Of a stretch of DNA of 64,000 nucleotides, positions 9,791-17,245 are shown one piece after another. The number at the start of each line of letters is the position of its first letter. The stretch's first letter is position 1. The notes below the pieces were generated by a model that was not told the origin of the DNA, did not search any database, and worked only from the letters and a program-made list of their open reading frames with translations. The position numbers and the translations under genes are program-made. The stretch covers positions 901,062 through 965,061 of the forward strand of contig CP066698.1 in assembly GCA_016432645.1 (NCBI GenBank), written 5' to 3'. The stretch comes from Candidatus Falkowbacteria bacterium (lineage in GTDB: Bacteria; Patescibacteriota; Patescibacteriia; Patescibacteriales; UBA12465).

Positions 9791-9826
9791 CCGCCCGATA
9801 TCTCTTTAGACATTGGGCGGTTTTTT
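9791..9826 (+). terminator. rho-independent terminator downstream of the suf operon
   Basis: CCGCCCGAT / ATTGGGCGG forms a 9-bp stem (one G-U pair) with a 12-nt loop, followed by T6. Confidence 0.6.
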
Positions 9827-9952
9827 ATTTGTTTAATATGAACCATCAGCAGTTAAAATATTATTTTTTACATAAATGCACCTATAGTTGGCGCCGCTGA
9901 TTTTAACTGTCTTTAGATTTTACTCACTACTAAAAAATTAATTAAAAATAAT

Positions 9953-11155
9953 ATGAAAAATAATTTAAAATCATTACCAAATACATTGGGATATTTTGGA
10001 GTTTATGGCGGTCGGCAAATTCCGCCGGAGTTGGCGTCTATTTTTGAAGCGATTGAAAAAGAATATTTAATTGCGAAGGAAGACCCAGCTTTTCAAGAGG
10101 AATATCAATCTTTGCTTAGAGATTATGTCGGTCGACCATCGCCCTTATATTTAGCCAAGAATTTAACGGCGCGAATCGGTGGCGCCAAGATTTATTTGAA
10201 GCGCGAGGATTTAAATCATACGGGTGCGCATAAAATAAACCATACTTTAGGTGAAGCGTTGCTTGCTAAAAGATTGGGTAAGAAAAAATTATTAGCGGAA
10301 ACGGGTGCCGGACAACACGGGGTTGCCTTAGCAACCGCCGCTGCCTTAGTCGGTTTGGAATGTGAGATTCATATGGGAGAAATTGATATTTTAAAACAGG
10401 CACCGAATGTCGCGCGCATGAAAATCTTGGGAGCGAAAGTCGTGGCCGTTAAGTCCGGCGGTCGGTGTTTAAAAGATGCGGTTGATAGTGCCTTTGAAGC
10501 CTTTGTTAAAAATCCGCAAGACACTTTTTTTGGCATCGGTTCGGTGGTTGGACCACATCCTTTTCCAATGATAGTCCGCGATTTTCAGTCAGTCGTCGGC
10601 CGGGAAGTGAAGGCGCAAATAATTGATAAAGAAAAACGTTTACCCGACTATTTAGTGGCTTGCGTCGGCGGCGGTTCTAATGCGATTGGTTTGTTTCATG
10701 AATTTTTGGAAGATGAGGATGTTAAAATGATTGGCGTGGAGCCGGCGGGGCGGGGATTTGGTTTAGGCGAGCACGCCGCGACTTTAACTTTTGGCAAGCC
10801 GGGAAATATTCACGGAATGTTCACCTACTTATTACAAGATGAAAAAGGCCAGCCTTTACCGGTGCATTCCATTGCTTCCGGCCTTGATTATCCTGGCGTC
10901 GGACCAGTACACTCTGATTTAAAGGATAAAGGGCGGGTTGTTTATGAGACGATTAATGACCAGGAAGCCTTAGAAGCTTTTTCGGAGCTTTCCCGTACCG
11001 AAGGCATTATTCCCGCCCTAGAAAGCGCCCATGCGCTCGCTTATGCCCTTAAGTTGGCGGCTACGCTGGCTCCGGATAAGATAATCATTGTTAATTTATC
11101 TGGTCGAGGGGATAAGGACGTGGATTTTGTAGCTGAACACCTTCTTATTAGTTAA
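9953..11155 (+). CDS. trpB: tryptophan synthase beta chain (stand-alone)
   Basis: 400 aa. It carries YVGRPSPLY, the PLP-lysine motif [23 protein letters not shown] and GGGSNAIG. No trpA or other trp genes are adjacent. Confidence 0.9.
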   Translation: MKNNLKSLPNTLGYFGVYGGRQIPPELASIFEAIEKEYLIAKEDPAFQEEYQSLLRDYVGRPSPLYLAKNLTARIGGAKIYLKREDLNHTGAHKINHTLGEALLAKRLGKKKLLAETGAGQHGVALATAAALVGLECEIHMGEIDILKQAPNVARMKILGAKVVAVKSGGRCLKDAVDSAFEAFVKNPQDTFFGIGSVVGPHPFPMIVRDFQSVVGREVKAQIIDKEKRLPDYLVACVGGGSNAIGLFHEFLEDEDVKMIGVEPAGRGFGLGEHAATLTFGKPGNIHGMFTYLLQDEKGQPLPVHSIASGLDYPGVGPVHSDLKDKGRVVYETINDQEALEAFSELSRTEGIIPALESAHALAYALKLAATLAPDKIIIVNLSGRGDKDVDFVAEHLLIS

Positions 11156-11182
11156 GAGTCATTTGTGGATTAATTTAGAAAT

Positions 11183-11215
11183 AAAACCGCTAACCATAAT
11201 TTGGCAGGCGGTTTT
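11183..11215 (+). terminator. putative terminator after trpB
   Basis: AAAACCGC...GCGGTTTT hairpin with an interrupted inner stem and a T-run. Confidence 0.5.
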
Positions 11216-11284
11216 ATATTGACAAAAGCCCTTATTTTATGGGAAATTATATGATAAAATAAGGGGGAGTTATTTAAATTATCT

Positions 11285-13315
11285 ATGTTGAAGATTTTTC
11301 AGAACTTACGTGATTTTCAAAAGCTTTGGCGGATATTTATCTTGCTCGGTTTGAGTTTGTTGGTTATTATAGTTTTCGCCCAAAAAATAGAGTTTTCAGC
11401 GGTTGATTTAGGTCGGCATCTAGAAAATGGCCGTCTAGTTTTTAGCCAGTCTGATCTCTTGTATAAAAATTTCTATTCTTACACGGAACCCGACCAGCGC
11501 TTTGTTAATCATCACTGGCTAGGTGGAGTTATTTTTTATGCTGTTTATTTAGTTGGTGGTTTTAATTTGCTTTCCATTTTTAATATCTTGTTAGCTCTGG
11601 CGGTTTTTTTATGTTTTTTCAAGCTGGCTTATAAACGAGCCGGTTTTTATTTACCAGCAATTTTATCATTACCGGTGATTTTGCTTTTTAGCGAAAGAGT
11701 GGAAATTAGGCCGGAAATTTTTAGCTATTTGTTTTTAGCACTCATTTGGCTTATTTGGGAGAGCGAGAAATTATCGGTTAAGCGGAAAATGTTGATTTTG
11801 ATTCCACTATTTATCATTTGGGCCAATATTCATATTTATTTTTTCTTGGGGCTGGCGCTCTTAGGCTTTAAATTGGCGGAAAAGTTTTTATGGCAAGCAT
11901 TTGACGGCAGTGCTAACAGTTTAAATTTTAAGTTTAAGAATGCCTTTTCTGCAATTAAAAAAGATTTGTTAATTTTATTAACACTCGCCGCCGCTTGTTT
12001 TCTTACGCCGAATACTTGGCGCGGCTTTTTTTATCCTTTTAATATTTTAAAAAATTACGGCTACCAAATTGCGGAAAATAAAAGCATCTTTTTCTTACAG
12101 GATTTAATGTTAAATTATAATTTTGGCATTTTTAAATTATTATTGGCAGTTTTATTGCTTGCCCTGATTGCTACTTGGTTTTTTTATAAAAAGCCGCGCT
12201 GGTTTGATTTATTTTTTGGAATTTTTATCGCCCTGCTCGCCTTATTTGCTTCTCGTAATTTAGCTTTATTCGGGCTTGTCGCCTTAGTTTTAATTAGCTC
12301 TAATTTGAAGAGGCCGCTGGCGTTTTTAGGTTTGCGGCTAATTCCTGATAAGCCTGAAATTTTTGAGAAAGTGAAAAAATATTCACCAATCATAACCGGT
12401 TTATTAATTTTTGGCCTGATGGTATTTTTAATTAGTGATTATCAGGAGCGTAATAATTTTTTGAAAGGCAGTTTCGGTATCGGTTTAGGCACAGGGCAAG
12501 AGGAATCTTTTGAATTTTTCCGCGCCAGCGGACTCAGCGGTCCGATATTCAATAATTATGATAATGGCAGCGCCCTTATTTTTGGGCTTGATAATCAGGA
12601 AAAAGTTTTTGTTGATAATCGTCCGGAAGCATATAGTGTGAAGTTTTTTACGGATATTTATTTGCCGATGCAAAATGAGGCGGCTGCCTGGCAGCGGGCG
12701 CTAGCGCAATATAACATCAAAACCATTTATTTTTCCCATACCGACCAAACTCCTTGGGGTAAAACTTTTTTAAAAAGAATTCTGGCGGACAGTGATTGGC
12801 AATTAATATATTTTGACAGGCAATATGTAATTTTGTCCCGCAAATCAGTCACTGAGGCGGCTATTTTAGATAAATATGCTTTAAATGAGTGGGGCTTTAG
12901 AGTGCGTTTGCGGGAATTAGCAGAAAGTTCCAATGTTCGCGAACGCCTTTATTTGGCGGCCTTAGCTCAAAGTTACGGAATGCCTGATTTAGCGGAAGAA
13001 ATATATCGCCAGCTGTTATTGGCTAATCCTAAAAATCAAAGAGCGGTTTTTTCGCTCGCTTATTTATATGCTGCTTCCCGTGATCGTAATACCCTTTTAA
13101 AATCGATAGAATATTTTCGGCGCGGCCTGAAAATTGAAAACAAAACCCCTAGCGCTTATAGTGACTTAGCGATGGTTTATTGGAATTTGGGAGATTATGT
13201 CCAAGCGGAAGCTAATTGGCGGGAGGCCTTGAAAATAAATCGCCGTGATGCCGACGCTTTGTATTATTTATCGCAAGTTGAGGATTTAAAAAAACGAGGC
13301 CGTCTGCCCCGCTAA
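11285..13315 (+). CDS. polytopic membrane protein with a C-terminal TPR domain (possible GT-C-type glycosyltransferase)
   Basis: 676 aa. Roughly 10 or more hydrophobic segments fill the first ~400 aa. The C-terminus has TPR-like repeats (AYSDLAMVYWNLGDYVQAEANWREALKINRRDADALYYL). Confidence 0.6.
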   Translation: MLKIFQNLRDFQKLWRIFILLGLSLLVIIVFAQKIEFSAVDLGRHLENGRLVFSQSDLLYKNFYSYTEPDQRFVNHHWLGGVIFYAVYLVGGFNLLSIFNILLALAVFLCFFKLAYKRAGFYLPAILSLPVILLFSERVEIRPEIFSYLFLALIWLIWESEKLSVKRKMLILIPLFIIWANIHIYFFLGLALLGFKLAEKFLWQAFDGSANSLNFKFKNAFSAIKKDLLILLTLAAACFLTPNTWRGFFYPFNILKNYGYQIAENKSIFFLQDLMLNYNFGIFKLLLAVLLLALIATWFFYKKPRWFDLFFGIFIALLALFASRNLALFGLVALVLISSNLKRPLAFLGLRLIPDKPEIFEKVKKYSPIITGLLIFGLMVFLISDYQERNNFLKGSFGIGLGTGQEESFEFFRASGLSGPIFNNYDNGSALIFGLDNQEKVFVDNRPEAYSVKFFTDIYLPMQNEAAAWQRALAQYNIKTIYFSHTDQTPWGKTFLKRILADSDWQLIYFDRQYVILSRKSVTEAAILDKYALNEWGFRVRLRELAESSNVRERLYLAALAQSYGMPDLAEEIYRQLLLANPKNQRAVFSLAYLYAASRDRNTLLKSIEYFRRGLKIENKTPSAYSDLAMVYWNLGDYVQAEANWREALKINRRDADALYYLSQVEDLKKRGRLPR

Positions 13316-13316
13316 T

Positions 13317-13994
13317 CTAAAATTTTAATTTTTCTTTAATTAGTGTTTTAACCGCCAGCCAGCCGTCTCGAGCGGTTATTTTTTTGCCCTCCAAATAAGT
13401 CCGCCTGGTATAGCTAATCGGGAATTCCGTTATTTGGTAGCCGGCTTTTAAGAGTCTGGCCGTTATTTCCGGTTCAATTTCAAACCTCTGGCCGCTGAGT
13501 TTTATTTGTTTAAGGGCGGCAGCGGGAACGAGTTTAAAACAAGTTTCCATATCGGTTAATCGCGAACCGAAAAGGATATTAGTTAAGAGCGTTAAAAAGC
13601 GGTTAACAAAATAATGGAAAGAGAAGGGATGATGATTTTTAAAGCGCGAACCGTAGATAACTGTATTTTTTGGGAGCGAGGGAATTTGCGACCATAAGAA
13701 TAAGATTTCTTGGGGTTTATATTCTAAATCAGCATCGCAGATAACAAAATAATCGCCGCTGATATTTTCCAAGGCTTTCTTAACCGCGGCCCCTTTGCCT
13801 TGGTTTGGGGCTTGAGTTAAGAGTCTAAAATCATAGCGCGTTTTTAATTCTTGGAGAATTTCCGGACTTTTATCACTTGAGCCGTCGTCAACGACAATTA
13901 CTTCTTTTTCGGCCGCCAATTCAAAAATTTCCGGCAGGGAGGTCGGGATTAATTTAGCTTCATTGTAAATAGGGACAATTATGGATAGCTTCAT
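13317..13994 (-). CDS. family 2 glycosyltransferase (polyprenyl-phosphate sugar synthase-like)
   Basis: 225 aa. It has SIIVPIYNEA, VIVVDDGSSDKS and CDADLEY (DxD). The size and layout resemble dolichyl/polyprenyl-phosphate mannose or glucose synthases. Confidence 0.85.
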   Translation of the reverse strand: MKLSIIVPIYNEAKLIPTSLPEIFELAAEKEVIVVDDGSSDKSPEILQELKTRYDFRLLTQAPNQGKGAAVKKALENISGDYFVICDADLEYKPQEILFLWSQIPSLPKNTVIYGSRFKNHHPFSFHYFVNRFLTLLTNILFGSRLTDMETCFKLVPAAALKQIKLSGQRFEIEPEITARLLKAGYQITEFPISYTRRTYLEGKKITARDGWLAVKTLIKEKLKF

Positions 13995-14001
13995 AATGAT
14001 A

Positions 14002-14853
14002 TTATAGCAGATTTTGGAAATTTAAAGATTTTTGAGCGGCGCTGGATAAGGGGTTTATTAAAAATTTAATTAACGGCGCGTTATCTTTTATTTTTAATTT
14101 AAGCGCTTCTTGCTTTGCCTTGTTACATAAATTAAGGATATTTTTGGCTGTTTGTGGTCCTGCATTATTGGCAAATAACAGATAAGTTATTTCCGGCTTC
14201 GTTTTAAGATTAAGTTTTATTTTTTTATTTTTAGCGGCTCTAAGAACTAGTAGATTAACTGGGTTTATTAGGCCTCTCTCTAAATCTGCCAGCCAGTCAC
14301 TGGCGTCATCGGCTAATTGTCTAGCGGCTAGAGCATATCTAAAAAAGTTAAAGGCAATTTTAAATTCTTTAGAGCCATTAATTAAGCTTGACTTTATAGC
14401 GCTCGCAATTGGTAAAATTGCCAGAGGTAGTGATTTTCGGTAGCCGATGTTAAAAGTTCCTGTTTGCGGTAAATATTTAGGAATTTTTATTATTCCATTT
14501 TTAATATTCAATTTTGAGGATTGCCATTCTCGGCGATTAACTTTTTCCCAGGCAGCGATAATATTGTCGGACTCATTAATAAAATCGCCGGCCAGATTAG
14601 AATTATATAGCACTTTTAAAAAGTTTCTAAAACTATTATTGGCGCTCATTAAATCAGCTTGAGGATTATCGTTGTCAATAATATCGTCATAGATATTCAA
14701 AGCTCGCCATAAGGAGGATTGCGCCCGGCAAAATATTTTTTGTCGGTTTTGATAATTAGGATTTAAAGATTGAGCTAGCCATATTGGCCAGTAGTAAGCT
14801 TGTTCACGTGGCATATGATAATGGGATATTAACTGTAAATACAGTTTTTTCAT
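14002..14853 (-). CDS. hypothetical protein with two DDxxD motifs (divergent isoprenoid-synthase-like fold, inferred)
   Basis: The track ORF is 14002-14898 with a TTG start. ATG candidates lie at 14853 and 14814, and every option overlaps the 3' end of the kinase gene. DDIID (aa 71-75) and DDASD (aa 197-201) are ~126 aa apart, similar to FARM/SARM spacing. Confidence 0.4.
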   Translation of the reverse strand: MKKLYLQLISHYHMPREQAYYWPIWLAQSLNPNYQNRQKIFCRAQSSLWRALNIYDDIIDNDNPQADLMSANNSFRNFLKVLYNSNLAGDFINESDNIIAAWEKVNRREWQSSKLNIKNGIIKIPKYLPQTGTFNIGYRKSLPLAILPIASAIKSSLINGSKEFKIAFNFFRYALAARQLADDASDWLADLERGLINPVNLLVLRAAKNKKIKLNLKTKPEITYLLFANNAGPQTAKNILNLCNKAKQEALKLKIKDNAPLIKFLINPLSSAAQKSLNFQNLL

Positions 14854-16222
14854 GTGGCTGGCTGTAAACAGCAATTGTCCCCAAAAATTCTTTTTCAATT
14901 ATGTTTTTAGTTGACGATAGCCCTAAGCCCAGGCCTTGTCCATTTTTAGTGCTGAAAAACGGCTGAAAAATTTTATTAATATTTTCCGGCGCTATTCCCG
15001 GTCCTTGGTCTTCCACGGTAATTATTAATGACTCATTTTTTCGGGCGAGGCTAACATTCACGGGTTTAAGAGCATTCTTCGCTTGAGACTCCAAAGAATC
15101 AATGCCATTGGATATTAAGTTTATTATAATTTGACTGAATTTTACCGGATCGCCGTAAATATTAAAGTTTTCTGCTCCGAAAAAAGAGATTTCCACTTGC
15201 GCTTTGCGCGCTTTATAAGCAAGGATATTGATTACTGTTTCAATCTCCATTTTCGGGCAAAAATCAACTTTATTATTTTCCGGCCTGATAGATCTTTTGA
15301 TACAAGCAATCAAGTCCTCCATTTTATGAGAGGCAACAATTGCTTGCGAGAGGCAGTCTTTGGCATTTACCAGGCTCGCGGCCTCCTCATTTTTTATTTG
15401 TTCCAGATTAAGAGACACTGCGGTTAACGGGTTGATTAAATCGTGAAAAACGCCTGATGATAAACGGCCGAATTCGGCCAGACGATAGAGTTGGCCGATT
15501 TTTTCCGCTTCCAGTTCTCTTAATTGAGCCGTTCTTTCTACTATTTTTATTTCTAAGTCATCGCGTTCTTGTTTTAAGGCTTCTTCACTAGCATGAGCTC
15601 GTTTTAAGGCTTTATTCAGCCCATTATCAAATATCCAAACAATAACCGTAATAATCATCATTAAAATCGCATAAGCGATGGTATCGCCTAGTTCATTTTT
15701 TTCCAGCCGCCAATAATTTGTGATTGTTATTAATCCTCTGGCTTGTAAGTTCGTTAATACAATCAAAAATATGCTCAGAATTGATGCGCTGATTAGTGAA
15801 GCCCGGGAGCCCATTAACACGCCGAAGAAAGTAATTATCAGCATCGCCATTAATAAAGCGGCTGGTAAATCAGCCCCCCAAATTATAAATGAATAAAACA
15901 TCGGCAAGGAATAAATGGTAATTAAGAGCCAAGAGGCAGTTTTAAGCATTTTCTTTTTTGACAGCCAGAATAAAAAGATAAAGAAACCTAAGATTATCAG
16001 CAAGAAAATAACGGATAGTCCGCGATCCGGCCCATGTGCCATCAAGTCTAATAAACGGATTAAGCTCAGGGCGGAAAAACAAATAATTGAGAAAAAAATT
16101 AGAATATTTAATATTTGTTCCCGTCGCGCCGCTTCTTCATTAATACTTTTTGGGGCTAAAAGCTTTTTTATTTTTTGCGTGATAGTTTTGAATTTTATAA
16201 AAAATCCTGAGAGGTTGGACAT
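14804..16222 (-). CDS. sensor histidine kinase (multi-TM N-terminus)
   Basis: It has the H-box SGVFHDLINPLTA, an N-box IIINLISNGIDS, and the G-boxes EDQGPGI and GQGLGLGLS. The ATG at 16222 (MSNLSGFF...) is preferred over the TTG at 16291, which would read through a terminator hairpin. Confidence 0.85.
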   Translation of the reverse strand: MSNLSGFFIKFKTITQKIKKLLAPKSINEEAARREQILNILIFFSIICFSALSLIRLLDLMAHGPDRGLSVIFLLIILGFFIFLFWLSKKKMLKTASWLLITIYSLPMFYSFIIWGADLPAALLMAMLIITFFGVLMGSRASLISASILSIFLIVLTNLQARGLITITNYWRLEKNELGDTIAYAILMMIITVIVWIFDNGLNKALKRAHASEEALKQERDDLEIKIVERTAQLRELEAEKIGQLYRLAEFGRLSSGVFHDLINPLTAVSLNLEQIKNEEAASLVNAKDCLSQAIVASHKMEDLIACIKRSIRPENNKVDFCPKMEIETVINILAYKARKAQVEISFFGAENFNIYGDPVKFSQIIINLISNGIDSLESQAKNALKPVNVSLARKNESLIITVEDQGPGIAPENINKIFQPFFSTKNGQGLGLGLSSTKNIIEKEFLGTIAVYSQPHEKTVFTVNIPLSYAT

Positions 16223-16245
16223 GGTTTTAAATTTAAAAATAAAAT

Positions 16246-16276
16246 AAAAGCGCCCTCGTTTTGTGAGAGCGCTTTT
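16246..16276 (-). terminator. intrinsic terminator-like hairpin between the regulator/micro-ORF and the kinase gene
   Basis: AAAAGCGC-cCTC-loop-GAGa-GCGCTTTT. On the minus strand it is followed by ATTTTATTTTT, and the A and T tracts flanking it make it potentially bidirectional. Confidence 0.55.
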
Positions 16277-16278
16277 GT

Positions 16279-16389
16279 TTAATCGCGCCAAGGAGTGCCC
16301 GGGTTAAGTAGGCTGGCCAAAATAATCGCCATCGGCAATAAGCGCGATGTCGAAAATTTTGTTTTTAATTTTTGATTTTTTGGTTTCAT
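16279..16389 (-). CDS. possible 36-aa small membrane peptide
   Basis: ATG at 16389; the product is MKPKNQKLKTKFSTSRLLPMAIILASLLNPGTPWRD. It has a basic N-terminus and one hydrophobic stretch. It lies 19 nt after the regulator stop and directly before the terminator. It is too short for the ORF track. Confidence 0.3.
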   Translation of the reverse strand: MKPKNQKLKTKFSTSRLLPMAIILASLLNPGTPWRD

Positions 16390-16408
16390 AGTTTTTTTGT
16401 TATTTAAA

Positions 16409-17080
16409 TTAGATGCTCTCGTCTAGCTTGTAGCCGCGGTTGGGAATTGTAAAAATATAGCGGTCTTTTTTGGTTTCTATTTTGCGGCGCAGATTCATCA
16501 TGTGGACTTCAATGGTATTAGAAAAAGGGTCGCCATTTTCGTCCCAAACATGATCCATAATATCTTGGCGCGAGACCACCGACCCTTTATTTTTAAATAG
16601 ATATTCCAGTAGCATAAATTCTTTAGTTCTCAGAGGAATGCTGCGTCCGTTTTTGGTAACCTTAAAGTTAGTTGGTTCCATTTCTAAATTTTTGCAGGTT
16701 AATTTTTGACTTTCCAATTTAATTGGTCGCCTTAGTATGGCCTTTATTCTGGCAAATAATTCTTTTAATAAAAAAGGCTTGATTAAATAGTCGTCGGCGC
16801 CGATGTCTAAAATATTTATTTTATCGTTTAAATCATTTCTGACTGTGAGCATAATAATAGGAGTCATCTGGCCGTCAGCTCTTATTTTAGCGATTATTTC
16901 TTGGCCGCTGATTTTTGGCAAATTATAATCAAGTAAGATTATGTTATAATCGCCGACGGTAGCTAAAAATAATCCCCGCTCTCCATCTTCAGCAATATCA
17001 AAAATTATATTTTGGCTTTTAAAAAAATAAGCCAAAGAGGTGCTAATATTTTTATCATCTTCAATGATTAAAATTTTCAT
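16409..17080 (-). CDS. OmpR/PhoB-family response regulator
   Basis: MKILIIEDD start, taken in preference to the track start at 17140. A receiver domain (LLDYNLPKISG, KPF) is followed by a winged-helix C-terminus (IEVHMMNLRRKI...RGYKL). Confidence 0.9.
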   Translation of the reverse strand: MKILIIEDDKNISTSLAYFFKSQNIIFDIAEDGERGLFLATVGDYNIILLDYNLPKISGQEIIAKIRADGQMTPIIMLTVRNDLNDKINILDIGADDYLIKPFLLKELFARIKAILRRPIKLESQKLTCKNLEMEPTNFKVTKNGRSIPLRTKEFMLLEYLFKNKGSVVSRQDIMDHVWDENGDPFSNTIEVHMMNLRRKIETKKDRYIFTIPNRGYKLDESI

Positions 17081-17245
17081 ATTTTTTATTTTTGTTTTTA
17101 TATAACCAGGCCTTAAATAACTGTTTATATTATAGAACATTGCGGATAAACTAAAAATAAAATCGTTTTTTTAGCTCCGGGCCGCGGTTTGCCTTTCTCT
17201 CTGATTCAGGTTAATATTAATAATACTCAAGTATTTATTATTAAA

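Noticed and set aside
9704-9826. Possible trp-type attenuator (18-aa leader ORF MSLNKLRNLNISWQAARD with one Trp codon, plus a terminator) or a T-box element (ATTAGGGTAGGCG resembles the start of the T-box consensus) upstream of trpB
   Set aside because: The leader ORF has a single Trp codon and no RBS. I could find only 4-bp candidate antiterminator pairings. The region is too short and lacks stem I and specifier features for a T-box. The hairpin is more simply explained as the suf operon terminator. I kept only a minor note under the trpB finding.
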